In this document: piece after piece, positions 9,161 through 17,769 of the stretch
Layout of the letters: the number at the start of each line of letters is the position of its first letter
How positions within the stretch are numbered: position 1 is the stretch's first letter
NCBI GenBank assembly: GCA_016839585.1
Contig: JAEOTZ010000051.1
Span: 1 to 19,614, forward strand
DNA: 19,614 nucleotides
Direction of reading: 5' to 3'
Source: Promethearchaeota archaeon
GTDB lineage: Archaea; Asgardarchaeota; Lokiarchaeia; Sigyniarchaeales; SOKP01
Program-made: the position numbers and the translations under genes
Notes under the pieces: generated by a model
Seen by the model: the letters and a program-made list of their open reading frames with translations, nothing else
Database searches by the model: none
Told to the model about the DNA's origin: nothing

Positions 9161-9745
9161 TTATAAAATCTTAGCAAGGTTAAATCCTTGTTCAATCAAT
9201 TCAATATTTTGGTGTGCTAAATACTCCCCCATTCTTTTTGAAATTACCTTTTTAAAGTTTTCTAAACTTAATTCTGGAAGAGCTTTTGATAGTAAACCCA
9301 AGATTGGAGTATTAATTACAGGAACTCCATCAATGGTAAGATTTTTTTCCAGAGCTAATTTACTTATATCAGCTAAAACTAATTTAACATTTTTAAGGGT
9401 AAATTTACTAATGAAATAATCGGGATCCTTTTCGGAGTTTATTATAAAAATTCCCCCTTTTTTAAGAGATGAAGCAATTTCTTGATTTAGAACTGTCTCA
9501 TCAAAAATAATTAAAACATTTGGGTGTTCGATCTGCGCGCGATCCCATATTGTTTCGGTTCTAGAGAGTTTAGCATATGCCTGAACAGGCGCTCCTCTTC
9601 TTTCTGCCCCAAAGGAAGGATAGGCATGAACATCAACAAAATTACCACTCATATATGCTGCTTCTGCAATTATTTCGCAGGCAGTAACAGCACCTTGACC
9701 TCCTCTCCCATGGATAATAATATCTACATTCTCTTTTTCAATCAT
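9161..9745 (-). CDS. porG: Pyruvate/2-oxoacid:ferredoxin oxidoreductase gamma subunit
   Basis: IIIHGRGGQGAVT, YPSFGAERRGAPV and NTPILG motifs. Start placed at ATG 9745 (MIEKENVDIIIHGRGG) rather than 9811, because the GRGGQG motif is normally near the N-terminus. Confidence 0.91.
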   Translation of the reverse strand: MIEKENVDIIIHGRGGQGAVTACEIIAEAAYMSGNFVDVHAYPSFGAERRGAPVQAYAKLSRTETIWDRAQIEHPNVLIIFDETVLNQEIASSLKKGGIFIINSEKDPDYFISKFTLKNVKLVLADISKLALEKNLTIDGVPVINTPILGLLSKALPELSLENFKKVISKRMGEYLAHQNIELIEQGFNLAKIL

Positions 9746-9967
9746 AGAAAAACCTAAAAATTGATTACTAGAATAACAGAATTGATATTTTTTAATATAA
9801 ATTATATGCAAAAATTAAAAACTTTACCTTGTTCTAAATAATATGAACTAAATTTTTTTTCCCCTATTTATTCTTCGAAATTTTTGACTAAATATTAATA
9901 ATGATAAAAAATCAAATGATATTATAATTAATTTGCATAAAAAACAAAACTTCACATTGTGATAAAC

Positions 9968-10816
9968 ATGAAAAATGATACTGGTTATTTTGAAGGAAGG
10001 GAAACTAAAAAATTATTCTACCAATATTGGTTACCAGATTCGGGAGAAATTAAAGCATATATCGTAGCTATCCACGGATGGGGGACACATTCAGATAGAA
10101 TGATGATTCCTGCAGAATATTTCACAGATAAAGGATATGCCATTTATTCCTTTGATTTAAGAGGACATTGGAGAAATGCTGGTGAGATTTCCGGGCATAT
10201 TGATAGTATGGATCATATACAAAAAGATATAGTGCTTTTTATGGATCTTATCCGAGAAGTAGCAGATGATAAAAAGATCTTTCTTATGGGACACTCGTTT
10301 GGAGGATTAATAAGTTTAATTTATGCTATAAATCATCCTGGTTTACCAAGTGTGCTTGTTTCCTCACCATTATTAGGTATATTTTTGAAACTATCAATTG
10401 GTAAAAAAGTTATTAAAACAGTATCAAAAACAATAGCAAAATTATCACCTAATAAAATTTTAAATAATAATATTGACCAAAACCAATTAACTAGCGATTT
10501 GAAAATATTAAAACAGCATATTGCAGATAAGAAGAAAATAGATGTAATTTCAGTTAAATCAACGTCAGAAATAGATAAATACTCTAAATGGGCTATGGAG
10601 AATGCTTCCAGCTTAATATGCCCTACATTCATCATGCAAGCGGGTAACGATAAAATAGTTGATAAAAATAAGACTAAAGATTTCTTTAATAAAGTAAGAA
10701 GTGAAGATAAAATGTATAAAGAGTACCCTGGCTTTTTGCATGAGTTATGGAATGAAAAAGGAAGAGCTCAAGTATATCAAGATATGTTTGTATGGCTTGA
10801 AAAGCATTTAAAATAA
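9968..10816 (+). CDS. Alpha/beta hydrolase, lysophospholipase/monoacylglycerol lipase-like
   Basis: IHGWGTH oxyanion region, FDLRGH, nucleophile elbow GHSFGG, catalytic Asp (DKIV) and His (HEL). Start is ATG 9968 or GTG 9959. Confidence 0.88.
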   Translation: MKNDTGYFEGRETKKLFYQYWLPDSGEIKAYIVAIHGWGTHSDRMMIPAEYFTDKGYAIYSFDLRGHWRNAGEISGHIDSMDHIQKDIVLFMDLIREVADDKKIFLMGHSFGGLISLIYAINHPGLPSVLVSSPLLGIFLKLSIGKKVIKTVSKTIAKLSPNKILNNNIDQNQLTSDLKILKQHIADKKKIDVISVKSTSEIDKYSKWAMENASSLICPTFIMQAGNDKIVDKNKTKDFFNKVRSEDKMYKEYPGFLHELWNEKGRAQVYQDMFVWLEKHLK

Positions 10817-10991
10817 ATATTAATTATTTAAAATGAAAAAATATAATTGCTAGTTTTAACAATCTCTAGATATTACTCCTTGGATTTAAAAAGAGAATGC
10901 GAATTATTAATTTTATAATAAATAGAATTAATTTCTATTAAAAACTAATACTCTTGTAGTATTTAATTCTAAATTAAGACTCTATTTCATA

Positions 10992-13883
10992 ATGCCTCAA
11001 AAAAAACCTTTTGAAGAGATCAAATTTAAGGATCTTACTCCAATGATGAAACATTGGTATTCTGTTAAAAAGAAATATCCTAAATACATCCTCGCGTACC
11101 GAATGGGGGATTTTTTCGAGTTCTTCTATGATGATGCTGAAAAAATCTCAAAACTCTTAGGTATAACACTTACCAAACGAAAAATAGGCAATGATGCCTA
11201 TCCTTTAGCTGGAATTCCACATCACTCCGGTCATAATTATTTTAATAATCTCATGAATCTTGGTGAAACTTTGGTAATAGTCGATCAATTAGAAGACCCT
11301 GCAACTGTGAAAGGTAGGATTGTCAAGCGAGGTGTAACTCGAATATTATCTCCAGGCACGATTATTGAACCAAATATGTTGAAATATAATGAAAATAACT
11401 ATATTGCTTCGATGGTAAAGGAGAGAAAAGGTTTTGGTGTCGCGTTTGCCGATATATCTACCGGTGAATTTGTAGCAACTGAATTTTCAATAAAAGACCA
11501 AGATCCTCAAGAAAAAATACTGAGTCTGTTTTCTCAGTATGATCCTGTAGAATTAATAATTCCTCCTGAAATAAAAAAAGATGAGAGGTTATTTATTTTA
11601 TTAACTGATTTAACAGAAGCCATAATTAAATCATATGAGGAACATGTATTTTACTATGATGAAGCATACGCTTTACTTACTCGACATTTTAATATTTCTA
11701 ATTTAAAAAGCTTTGGATTAGAGAATAATCAAATGGCTATTCAAGCAGCTGGAGGTTTAATAGCCTTTTTGAAAGATACTCAACGAGATATAATTCCTAA
11801 TATCTTTAAAATCAACATACTTCAGGAAAAGAATATTCTACACTTAGATTATGTTACACAAAGAAATTTAGAGTTAATTAATTCTTTATGGGAAAAAGGA
11901 AAGGATGCTACATTATATTCTATTTTTAACCTTACCCATACACCTATGGGAGCACGTTTGTTAAAAAAATTTATTCTACAACCATTAACTAACATTGAAG
12001 AAATAAATCAAAGACTAAATATTGTTCAAAAATTCAAAGATGATGTCTTTTTAAGATCTGATTTAAGGGAAGAATTAAAGGTTGTAGGCGATCTTGAGAG
12101 ATTTATTAACAGAATTAATTATATTGGCCGTACAAATGCCAGAGATTTAATAAATATCAAAAATTCTTTAGGTAAAATCCCTAGGATTAAACAACTATTA
12201 GAAAAAGCAAATATTCCCGAAATTTCTGAGTTTGTCGAAAATATTAATACATTTGATAAAATTAAACTCCTAATTGAAGTAGCAATTAAAGATAATCCAC
12301 CAACAACAGTTAAAGAAGGTAATATTATTAAGGATAATTACAATGATGAAGTTGATGAGCTTAGAGATATTATACATAATGGAAAGGAATATATGTTGCA
12401 ATATGAACAAAAGCAGAAAAAAAGGTGGAATTTAACTACAGGATTAAAAGTTGGGCATAACAATATCCTTGGATATTATATCGAAATTACCTTACGAACT
12501 CTTAAAATCATCAGAAATGTGCCAGAGGAGTATGTAGAAAGAGCAACTCTTAAAAATGCTAAAAGATATACAACTGAAAAATTAAAAGAACTCGAAGAAA
12601 AAATAGTTAATGCGGAAGAAAAAATTAATGATTTAGAATATGAAATTTTTAATACTATTCGTGAAAGTGTCGAAAAAGAGACTAAAAAAATTCTTGGAAC
12701 TGCAAAAAATATTGCTATGGTTGATGTTCTCGCATGTTTTGCGGAAATCGCAGAACAATACAATTATTGCAGGCCAATTATTAATAATAACAATAAAATC
12801 ATAATCAAAGAAGGTAGACATCCTGTAGTTGAACAGATAAACTTAGATGAGCAATTTATTCCAAATGATTGCTATTTAGATAATAAAAAAGCCCAAATAT
12901 TAATTATAACTGGTCCTAATATGGCAGGAAAAAGCACTTATCTACGGCAAGTGGCTTTAATATGCATTATTGCTCAAATGGGATGTTTTGTTCCAGCAAA
13001 ATCCGCTACACTCGGAATAATTGATCACATTTTCACTCGAATCGGTGCCTCAGATGACCTTGCTAGAAAATTGAGTACTTTTATGATAGAAATGACAGAA
13101 ACTGCTAAAATTCTTAATTATGCTACACTAAATAGTCTTGTTATAATAGATGAGTTAGGAAGAGGCACCAGTACCAGTGATGGCCAAAGCATAGCAATGG
13201 CAACTTTAGAAAAACTTCATGAAGTACAAGTTAAAACTCTTTTTAGTACACATTATCATCAATTAACAGAAATTAGATTACCGCGAGTAAATAATTATCA
13301 CTTAGACATTATCGAAAATGACGATGGAAGTATTAATTTTGTTAGAAAATTAAGTCTTGGAAGCACAGATAAATCTTATGGTATTCATGTTGCTAAGTTA
13401 GCAGGAATTCCGGATGATGTAATTATAAGAGCGTTTGAGATTTTAGAACAAATAGAAGAGAAAGATCCTTTTAAAAAAACTGTTCAAGAAAATGGGAATA
13501 ATTTTGGACCTATAAAACACCATGATAAGATAATCGGCGAAAAAAGAAAAATATTAGAAAAATTAAACAAGGAATTAGAGAATAAAAAGGATGAATTAAC
13601 TAAACGTGAAGCAGCGTTAAGCGAAAAAGAAAAATTAATCAAGAGTAAGAGTTTTGAAATAGAGAAGTTGAAAACAAATCAAGAGAAATACATAGATAAA
13701 AAACAAGGTACTACGAAAAAACTTGTTCAGACTACTTTCTTTAAACCAACAGTATTAAAAGAAGAAGTTATAGATGAGAATTTAAAAGAGGTAATTTATT
13801 TATTAAGAGAACTTGATATATATTCTCTTACTCCTATTGAGGCGCTTAAAAAATTAAGTGATCTTAAAGATAAGCTAATGTAA
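10992..13883 (+). CDS. mutS: DNA mismatch repair protein MutS (MutS1 type)
   Basis: TPMM...RMGDFFEFF (Phe-x-Glu mismatch motif), AGIP, Walker A TGPNMAGKSTYLRQ, STFMIEM, Walker B DELGRGT, STHY, SYGIHVAKLAG, and C-terminal LTPIEAL. Confidence 0.96.
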   Translation: MPQKKPFEEIKFKDLTPMMKHWYSVKKKYPKYILAYRMGDFFEFFYDDAEKISKLLGITLTKRKIGNDAYPLAGIPHHSGHNYFNNLMNLGETLVIVDQLEDPATVKGRIVKRGVTRILSPGTIIEPNMLKYNENNYIASMVKERKGFGVAFADISTGEFVATEFSIKDQDPQEKILSLFSQYDPVELIIPPEIKKDERLFILLTDLTEAIIKSYEEHVFYYDEAYALLTRHFNISNLKSFGLENNQMAIQAAGGLIAFLKDTQRDIIPNIFKINILQEKNILHLDYVTQRNLELINSLWEKGKDATLYSIFNLTHTPMGARLLKKFILQPLTNIEEINQRLNIVQKFKDDVFLRSDLREELKVVGDLERFINRINYIGRTNARDLINIKNSLGKIPRIKQLLEKANIPEISEFVENINTFDKIKLLIEVAIKDNPPTTVKEGNIIKDNYNDEVDELRDIIHNGKEYMLQYEQKQKKRWNLTTGLKVGHNNILGYYIEITLRTLKIIRNVPEEYVERATLKNAKRYTTEKLKELEEKIVNAEEKINDLEYEIFNTIRESVEKETKKILGTAKNIAMVDVLACFAEIAEQYNYCRPIINNNNKIIIKEGRHPVVEQINLDEQFIPNDCYLDNKKAQILIITGPNMAGKSTYLRQVALICIIAQMGCFVPAKSATLGIIDHIFTRIGASDDLARKLSTFMIEMTETAKILNYATLNSLVIIDELGRGTSTSDGQSIAMATLEKLHEVQVKTLFSTHYHQLTEIRLPRVNNYHLDIIENDDGSINFVRKLSLGSTDKSYGIHVAKLAGIPDDVIIRAFEILEQIEEKDPFKKTVQENGNNFGPIKHHDKIIGEKRKILEKLNKELENKKDELTKREAALSEKEKLIKSKSFEIEKLKTNQEKYIDKKQGTTKKLVQTTFFKPTVLKEEVIDENLKEVIYLLRELDIYSLTPIEALKKLSDLKDKLM

Positions 13884-13889
13884 GTTAAA

Positions 13890-14813
13890 TCAAGCTAAGA
13901 CAACAGGTATAACATAAACTATAATTGTGAGATAAACATAATATACAGTTATTATTGATACAAAAATTGTTCTATAAACGCTTTTCCTCTTTTCATCTTT
14001 AATATTTTCAATAAAGATTATTAATAACAATCCTATAAACATCAAATGGGATGGCTGTAAAGCTTTCCACAAAATTGAATCAATTATTAATAATCCTTTT
14101 ATTTCAGTATCGCTATGACCCCAATTATTCACCATTTGAAAAAAATAGTCAGGGAAAATTATATATGGAATAAACATAAGAGCAAAAGGAATTAAAAAAT
14201 ATAAAAGATCCTTTAGTTTTACCTTTTTGATTATTAGTAATAAAGGAAGAAATAGTATAGCAGTTATTTTAAATGTCGCAAGTACGAATAAAATTCCTGC
14301 ATTCCATTTTTTATCTTTTTCTAGGTAATAATAGGACATAAACAAGAAAAAAGCTATTAAAAAATTTACATTGTGGTAGTAAGCATCTATGCTATAGCCA
14401 ATTGTACCAAGAATGTAAAAAATTAGTAAATCCTTTTTTTCCTTGAATAATTTCGGGGATTCTTTTATTATTACTATTGATAATATCAGCCTTAAAATAT
14501 CCCATAGATACACTCCAACAATAAAAGGAAGTATATAAATTGGGAAAAATAGGAAATACCAAAAATAAAGATAATAAGGAGGCCAATCAGAAATTTCAAC
14601 TGGATCATAAAAATTATTCAATCCATTATCCATTCCTTCTAAAAGAATTTTGAAATCGATATCCTTTGTCTCTTTAATCCAAGCAGAAATATCAACAAAG
14701 TATAACAGAATTCTTAAAATGATTAGCGAACATGTAATAATTATTAGGATATAAATAAAATATGTATGTAATGGATAGCTTTTCTGGTTATTCATTGTAG
14801 GGTAATGGTTCAT
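13890..14813 (-). CDS. Polytopic membrane protein, glycosyltransferase family 87 (GT-C/DUF2029)-like
   Basis: Many hydrophobic helices; DF motif after TM1, PYYLYFWYFLFFPIYILPF segment, and a Lys in LATFKITAILF resemble GT87/DUF2029 proteins. Confidence 0.6.
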   Translation of the reverse strand: MNHYPTMNNQKSYPLHTYFIYILIIITCSLIILRILLYFVDISAWIKETKDIDFKILLEGMDNGLNNFYDPVEISDWPPYYLYFWYFLFFPIYILPFIVGVYLWDILRLILSIVIIKESPKLFKEKKDLLIFYILGTIGYSIDAYYHNVNFLIAFFLFMSYYYLEKDKKWNAGILFVLATFKITAILFLPLLLIIKKVKLKDLLYFLIPFALMFIPYIIFPDYFFQMVNNWGHSDTEIKGLLIIDSILWKALQPSHLMFIGLLLIIFIENIKDEKRKSVYRTIFVSIITVYYVYLTIIVYVIPVVLA

Positions 14814-15112
14814 AATTCACATTATAAAATAGATTAATATTAAGTATTAAAGGAACTTTAAAAGAGTTTCTTAGGTAAAATTAAATAAAAGTTAAATGAA
14901 TAGGCTTTTTTTAAAAATCTACTAAAATAAAATTTAATATAAGATTAATAATAATTTTCAAAATTTTAGCATTTATTTTTAATTTTTAATTGAAAATTTA
15001 ATTATTAGGACTATACTTTTAAAATTATATTTTTATAACAGAGTTTTAATTTTTAAATTCAAGTTGATGAAAAATATATATATTTAATAAAACTATGAAG
15101 TTTTGAAAACAA

Positions 15113-17002
15113 TTGAATAGAGACAACGAAAAAATCAATAAAATTAAGGATTATGAAAAAATAGCTGCTGGAGAGGTTATTGAAAGACCTGCGAATGTTG
15201 TGAAAGAGTTAATAGAAAATAGTATAGATGCTGGAGCTAAAGAAATAAGAATTATCATTAAAAAAGCAGGAAAAACATTAATCCAAGTTATAGATGATGG
15301 TAAAGGTATTCCTCCAGATGATATGGAACTCGCCTTTGAAAGATATACCAGTAGTAAAATTAATAGTTTTGATGATTTGGAAAAGCTTTCAACTTTAGGA
15401 TTTAGAGGAGAAGCATTAGCTAGTATATCAGCAGTAAGTCAGATTGAAATTATTTCAAGAATTAAAAAGAACGAGAGAGGATTACAATTATTTATAGAAG
15501 GGGGGAAAGTTTTAAGAAAGAAAGAAATGTCATGTCCCATTGGAACAAATATTAAAGTTAAGAATTTATTCTATAATATTCCAGCTAGGAAAAAATTCCT
15601 TAAAAAAGATTACACAGAGTTAGGACATATCACAGATATTATACAAAGATATTCATTAGCGTATCCTGATTTTCAATTCATTTATCAACATAATGAGTTA
15701 ACCATTTTAAATTGCCCTGCATCTAATGATTTAAAAACGACTGTTTTCCATATTTATGGGAAAAATATTGCTAAATTTATGGAATATATTGATTATTCTG
15801 AAAAAGGAGAACTATTTAAAATATATGGATTAGTAGGTCAACCTCAAATTTCTAAAAAAGATAGAACAAAATCTAGTTTTTTTCTTAATCGTAGATATGT
15901 TATAAGTGATATTATATTTCGAGCAATTAAAGAAGCATATAAAGGAACATTGATGATAAATAAGCATCCATTTTTCATATTATTCTTAGAGTTAAATCCA
16001 TCATCCATAGATTTTAATATTCATCCGAAAAAGCTTTATATTAAGTTTGAAAGAGAAGATTATGTGTATAATAGGGTTTATACCATTATCCGAGATTTTG
16101 TAGAAGAAAAATTTATGAAACAGGAGCCGAAGTATTTAGATATTGAACTTGAAGATTTCATTCCGAAAGAAGAATTAGTCGAGGAATTAAGTTCCAAAAC
16201 TCAACAATCAGAAACAGAAAATCTTGAAACTGAAAAAGCTATATTAAAAACTGATGCAATAGTAGAGACTGAAGAAAATATTATTGATGAGTCTGTCCAA
16301 TTACATCTTTCTGAAGATATCATTAATCATAAACCCTTTAAAAAACAAATACCAGAAACCTTTTTACGAGAAAAATTTATAAAAAAGGAAGATTTTCCTA
16401 AAGTTCGCCTAATCTCTTCAACTGGCCAATTAAGTAATAAGATATATATTGTATTAGAAGGTTTTAATGAAACTAATGAACCGGGATTATATATTCTAGA
16501 TCAGCATGCTGCTTCTGAAAGAATAAATAAAGAAAAGCTACTAGAATCATATAAATCTTCAAAAACTAGCAAACAAAAACTTATCTCTCCATTAAAAATT
16601 GATGTTTCTCATAGTGAAAAATTCTTTTTGAGTGACCATTTAGGTGAAATTAAAAAACTTGGATTTGATTTTGAGCATTTTGGTGGAAATACTTTCATTT
16701 TGCGAGAACTACCTACAATTATAGGAAAAGTTCCAGATATAAATGTAATAAAAGATATAATTGCAGATATAACAAAAATAGGTAAAGATAAAAGTTTTTC
16801 AGAGGTAAAAGAAGAGATCATTAATTATTTGGCTTGTCATAAAAGTATTCGAGGAGGAGATGATCTTTCTTTAGAAAATATTAGGGATCTCATAATTGAA
16901 TTAGCTGATTGTAAGGATTCCTACCATTGTGCACATGGAAGACCTACATTGAGATTTCTCTCATTTAAAGAATTAGATAAGTTGTTTAAAAGAAAAGTTT
17001 AA
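15113..17002 (+). CDS. mutL: DNA mismatch repair endonuclease MutL
   Basis: KIAAGEVIERPANVVKELIENSIDAGA, DDGKGI, TLGFRGEALASI, LFYNIPARKKFL, DFNIHPKK; endonuclease motifs DQHAASERINKE, ACH, CAHGRP and FKR. TTG start. Confidence 0.96.
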   Translation: MNRDNEKINKIKDYEKIAAGEVIERPANVVKELIENSIDAGAKEIRIIIKKAGKTLIQVIDDGKGIPPDDMELAFERYTSSKINSFDDLEKLSTLGFRGEALASISAVSQIEIISRIKKNERGLQLFIEGGKVLRKKEMSCPIGTNIKVKNLFYNIPARKKFLKKDYTELGHITDIIQRYSLAYPDFQFIYQHNELTILNCPASNDLKTTVFHIYGKNIAKFMEYIDYSEKGELFKIYGLVGQPQISKKDRTKSSFFLNRRYVISDIIFRAIKEAYKGTLMINKHPFFILFLELNPSSIDFNIHPKKLYIKFEREDYVYNRVYTIIRDFVEEKFMKQEPKYLDIELEDFIPKEELVEELSSKTQQSETENLETEKAILKTDAIVETEENIIDESVQLHLSEDIINHKPFKKQIPETFLREKFIKKEDFPKVRLISSTGQLSNKIYIVLEGFNETNEPGLYILDQHAASERINKEKLLESYKSSKTSKQKLISPLKIDVSHSEKFFLSDHLGEIKKLGFDFEHFGGNTFILRELPTIIGKVPDINVIKDIIADITKIGKDKSFSEVKEEIINYLACHKSIRGGDDLSLENIRDLIIELADCKDSYHCAHGRPTLRFLSFKELDKLFKRKV

Positions 17003-17028
17003 TGCATAAAAACAAGAAATTTTATTAT

Positions 17029-17295
17029 TTATGCTTTTGAAAAAGCAATACCCTCAATTCCTTGTAAACCATCAACTTGTCCAAACAGTTCTTCAATTCT
17101 ATCTGTACCACCCCATTCTTCTGGATATCGGACTCGAACTCTTGCTTTTTTTAGACCAAAAGCAACAGGTAAAACATCATACATCTCAATTGAACATGTG
17201 TTTGGTAAGACACTTCTTAAATCTTTGATTAATTTTTCAAAATCTGCATCTGTATCTTCTGGAATAACATCTACTAAAGCAATAAACTCTCCCAT
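17029..17295 (-). CDS. ef1b: Archaeal translation elongation factor 1-beta
   Basis: MGEFIALVDVIPED...PVAFGLK...GGTDRIEE. Lies directly downstream of the Zn-finger gene, a gene pair common in archaea. ATG 17295 preferred over GTG 17304. Confidence 0.92.
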   Translation of the reverse strand: MGEFIALVDVIPEDTDADFEKLIKDLRSVLPNTCSIEMYDVLPVAFGLKKARVRVRYPEEWGGTDRIEELFGQVDGLQGIEGIAFSKA

Positions 17296-17325
17296 ATTAA
17301 TCACTTAATTTTTTTCTAAGAACTT

Positions 17326-17502
17326 TTAAGGTCCCTCAAATTCACATTTTAAACATCTATAGGTTTTTCCCATCTCTCTACAGCGTTCACATCTCCAGAT
17401 TGTAACATCTCCGCACTCTGGACATGGAAAATGTACTGCTGCCTCGAATGGGGCAATCGGTCGCCCACATCCAGAACAAGTATTTTTCCTTAAACTTGAC
17501 AT
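17326..17502 (-). CDS. Small Zn-finger protein, DUF1610/HVO_2753 family (58 aa)
   Basis: Absent from the ORF track. Manual translation: MSSLRKNTCSGCGRPIAPFEAAVHFPCPECGDVTIWRCERCREMGKTYRCLKCEFEGP*. Four CxxC motifs, FxCPxCG and terminal FEGP. Confidence 0.93.
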   Translation of the reverse strand: MSSLRKNTCSGCGRPIAPFEAAVHFPCPECGDVTIWRCERCREMGKTYRCLKCEFEGP

Positions 17503-17757
17503 CGTATTTTATTATAAGCCTTGTAAAATATAATGGTTAAGAAAATAACTTATAACTTTAATTGTTTTCGATTTAAAAACCTAGCTTTAAACTAATTAAA
17601 TTATGATTTTTTCAATAAATCTCTCAATTATTTTAAGTAAAACATTTTAATCTTGCATAGTTAATTAAAATTTAAATTGAAAAACAACATAATTTACATA
17701 TAAATTATCTAATTAATTTTAAAATAATCTTTAAAAAATTGGTTCAAATATTGTAAA

Positions 17758-17763
17758 AGGTGA
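17758..17763 (+). promoter_or_regulatory. Shine-Dalgarno-like site AGGTGA
   Basis: Matches the archaeal GGAGGTGA consensus and lies 6 nt before an in-frame ATA at 17770. Confidence 0.55.
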
Positions 17764-17769
17764 AAAGCG

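Noticed and set aside
9746-9811. 22-aa N-terminal extension of porG in the ORF track
   Set aside because: Looks like AT-rich intergenic sequence; ATG 9745 gives the normal gamma-subunit N-terminus.
14814-15112. Long AT-rich spacer as replication origin, CRISPR leader or ncRNA
   Set aside because: No ORB-like repeats, no adjacent orc1/cdc6, no repeat-spacer array and no GC-rich stem; adequately explained as a divergent promoter region.
9524-17228. Short ORFs at 9524, 10333, 12476, 12633, 14392, 16609 and 17031
   Set aside because: All are nested within confidently assigned genes and lack motifs.
17701-17763. Selenocysteine or stop readthrough at TGA 17761
   Set aside because: No start codon lies between it and the previous in-frame TAA, no SECIS-like hairpin was recognised, and the TGA is better explained as part of the AGGTGA ribosome-binding site.
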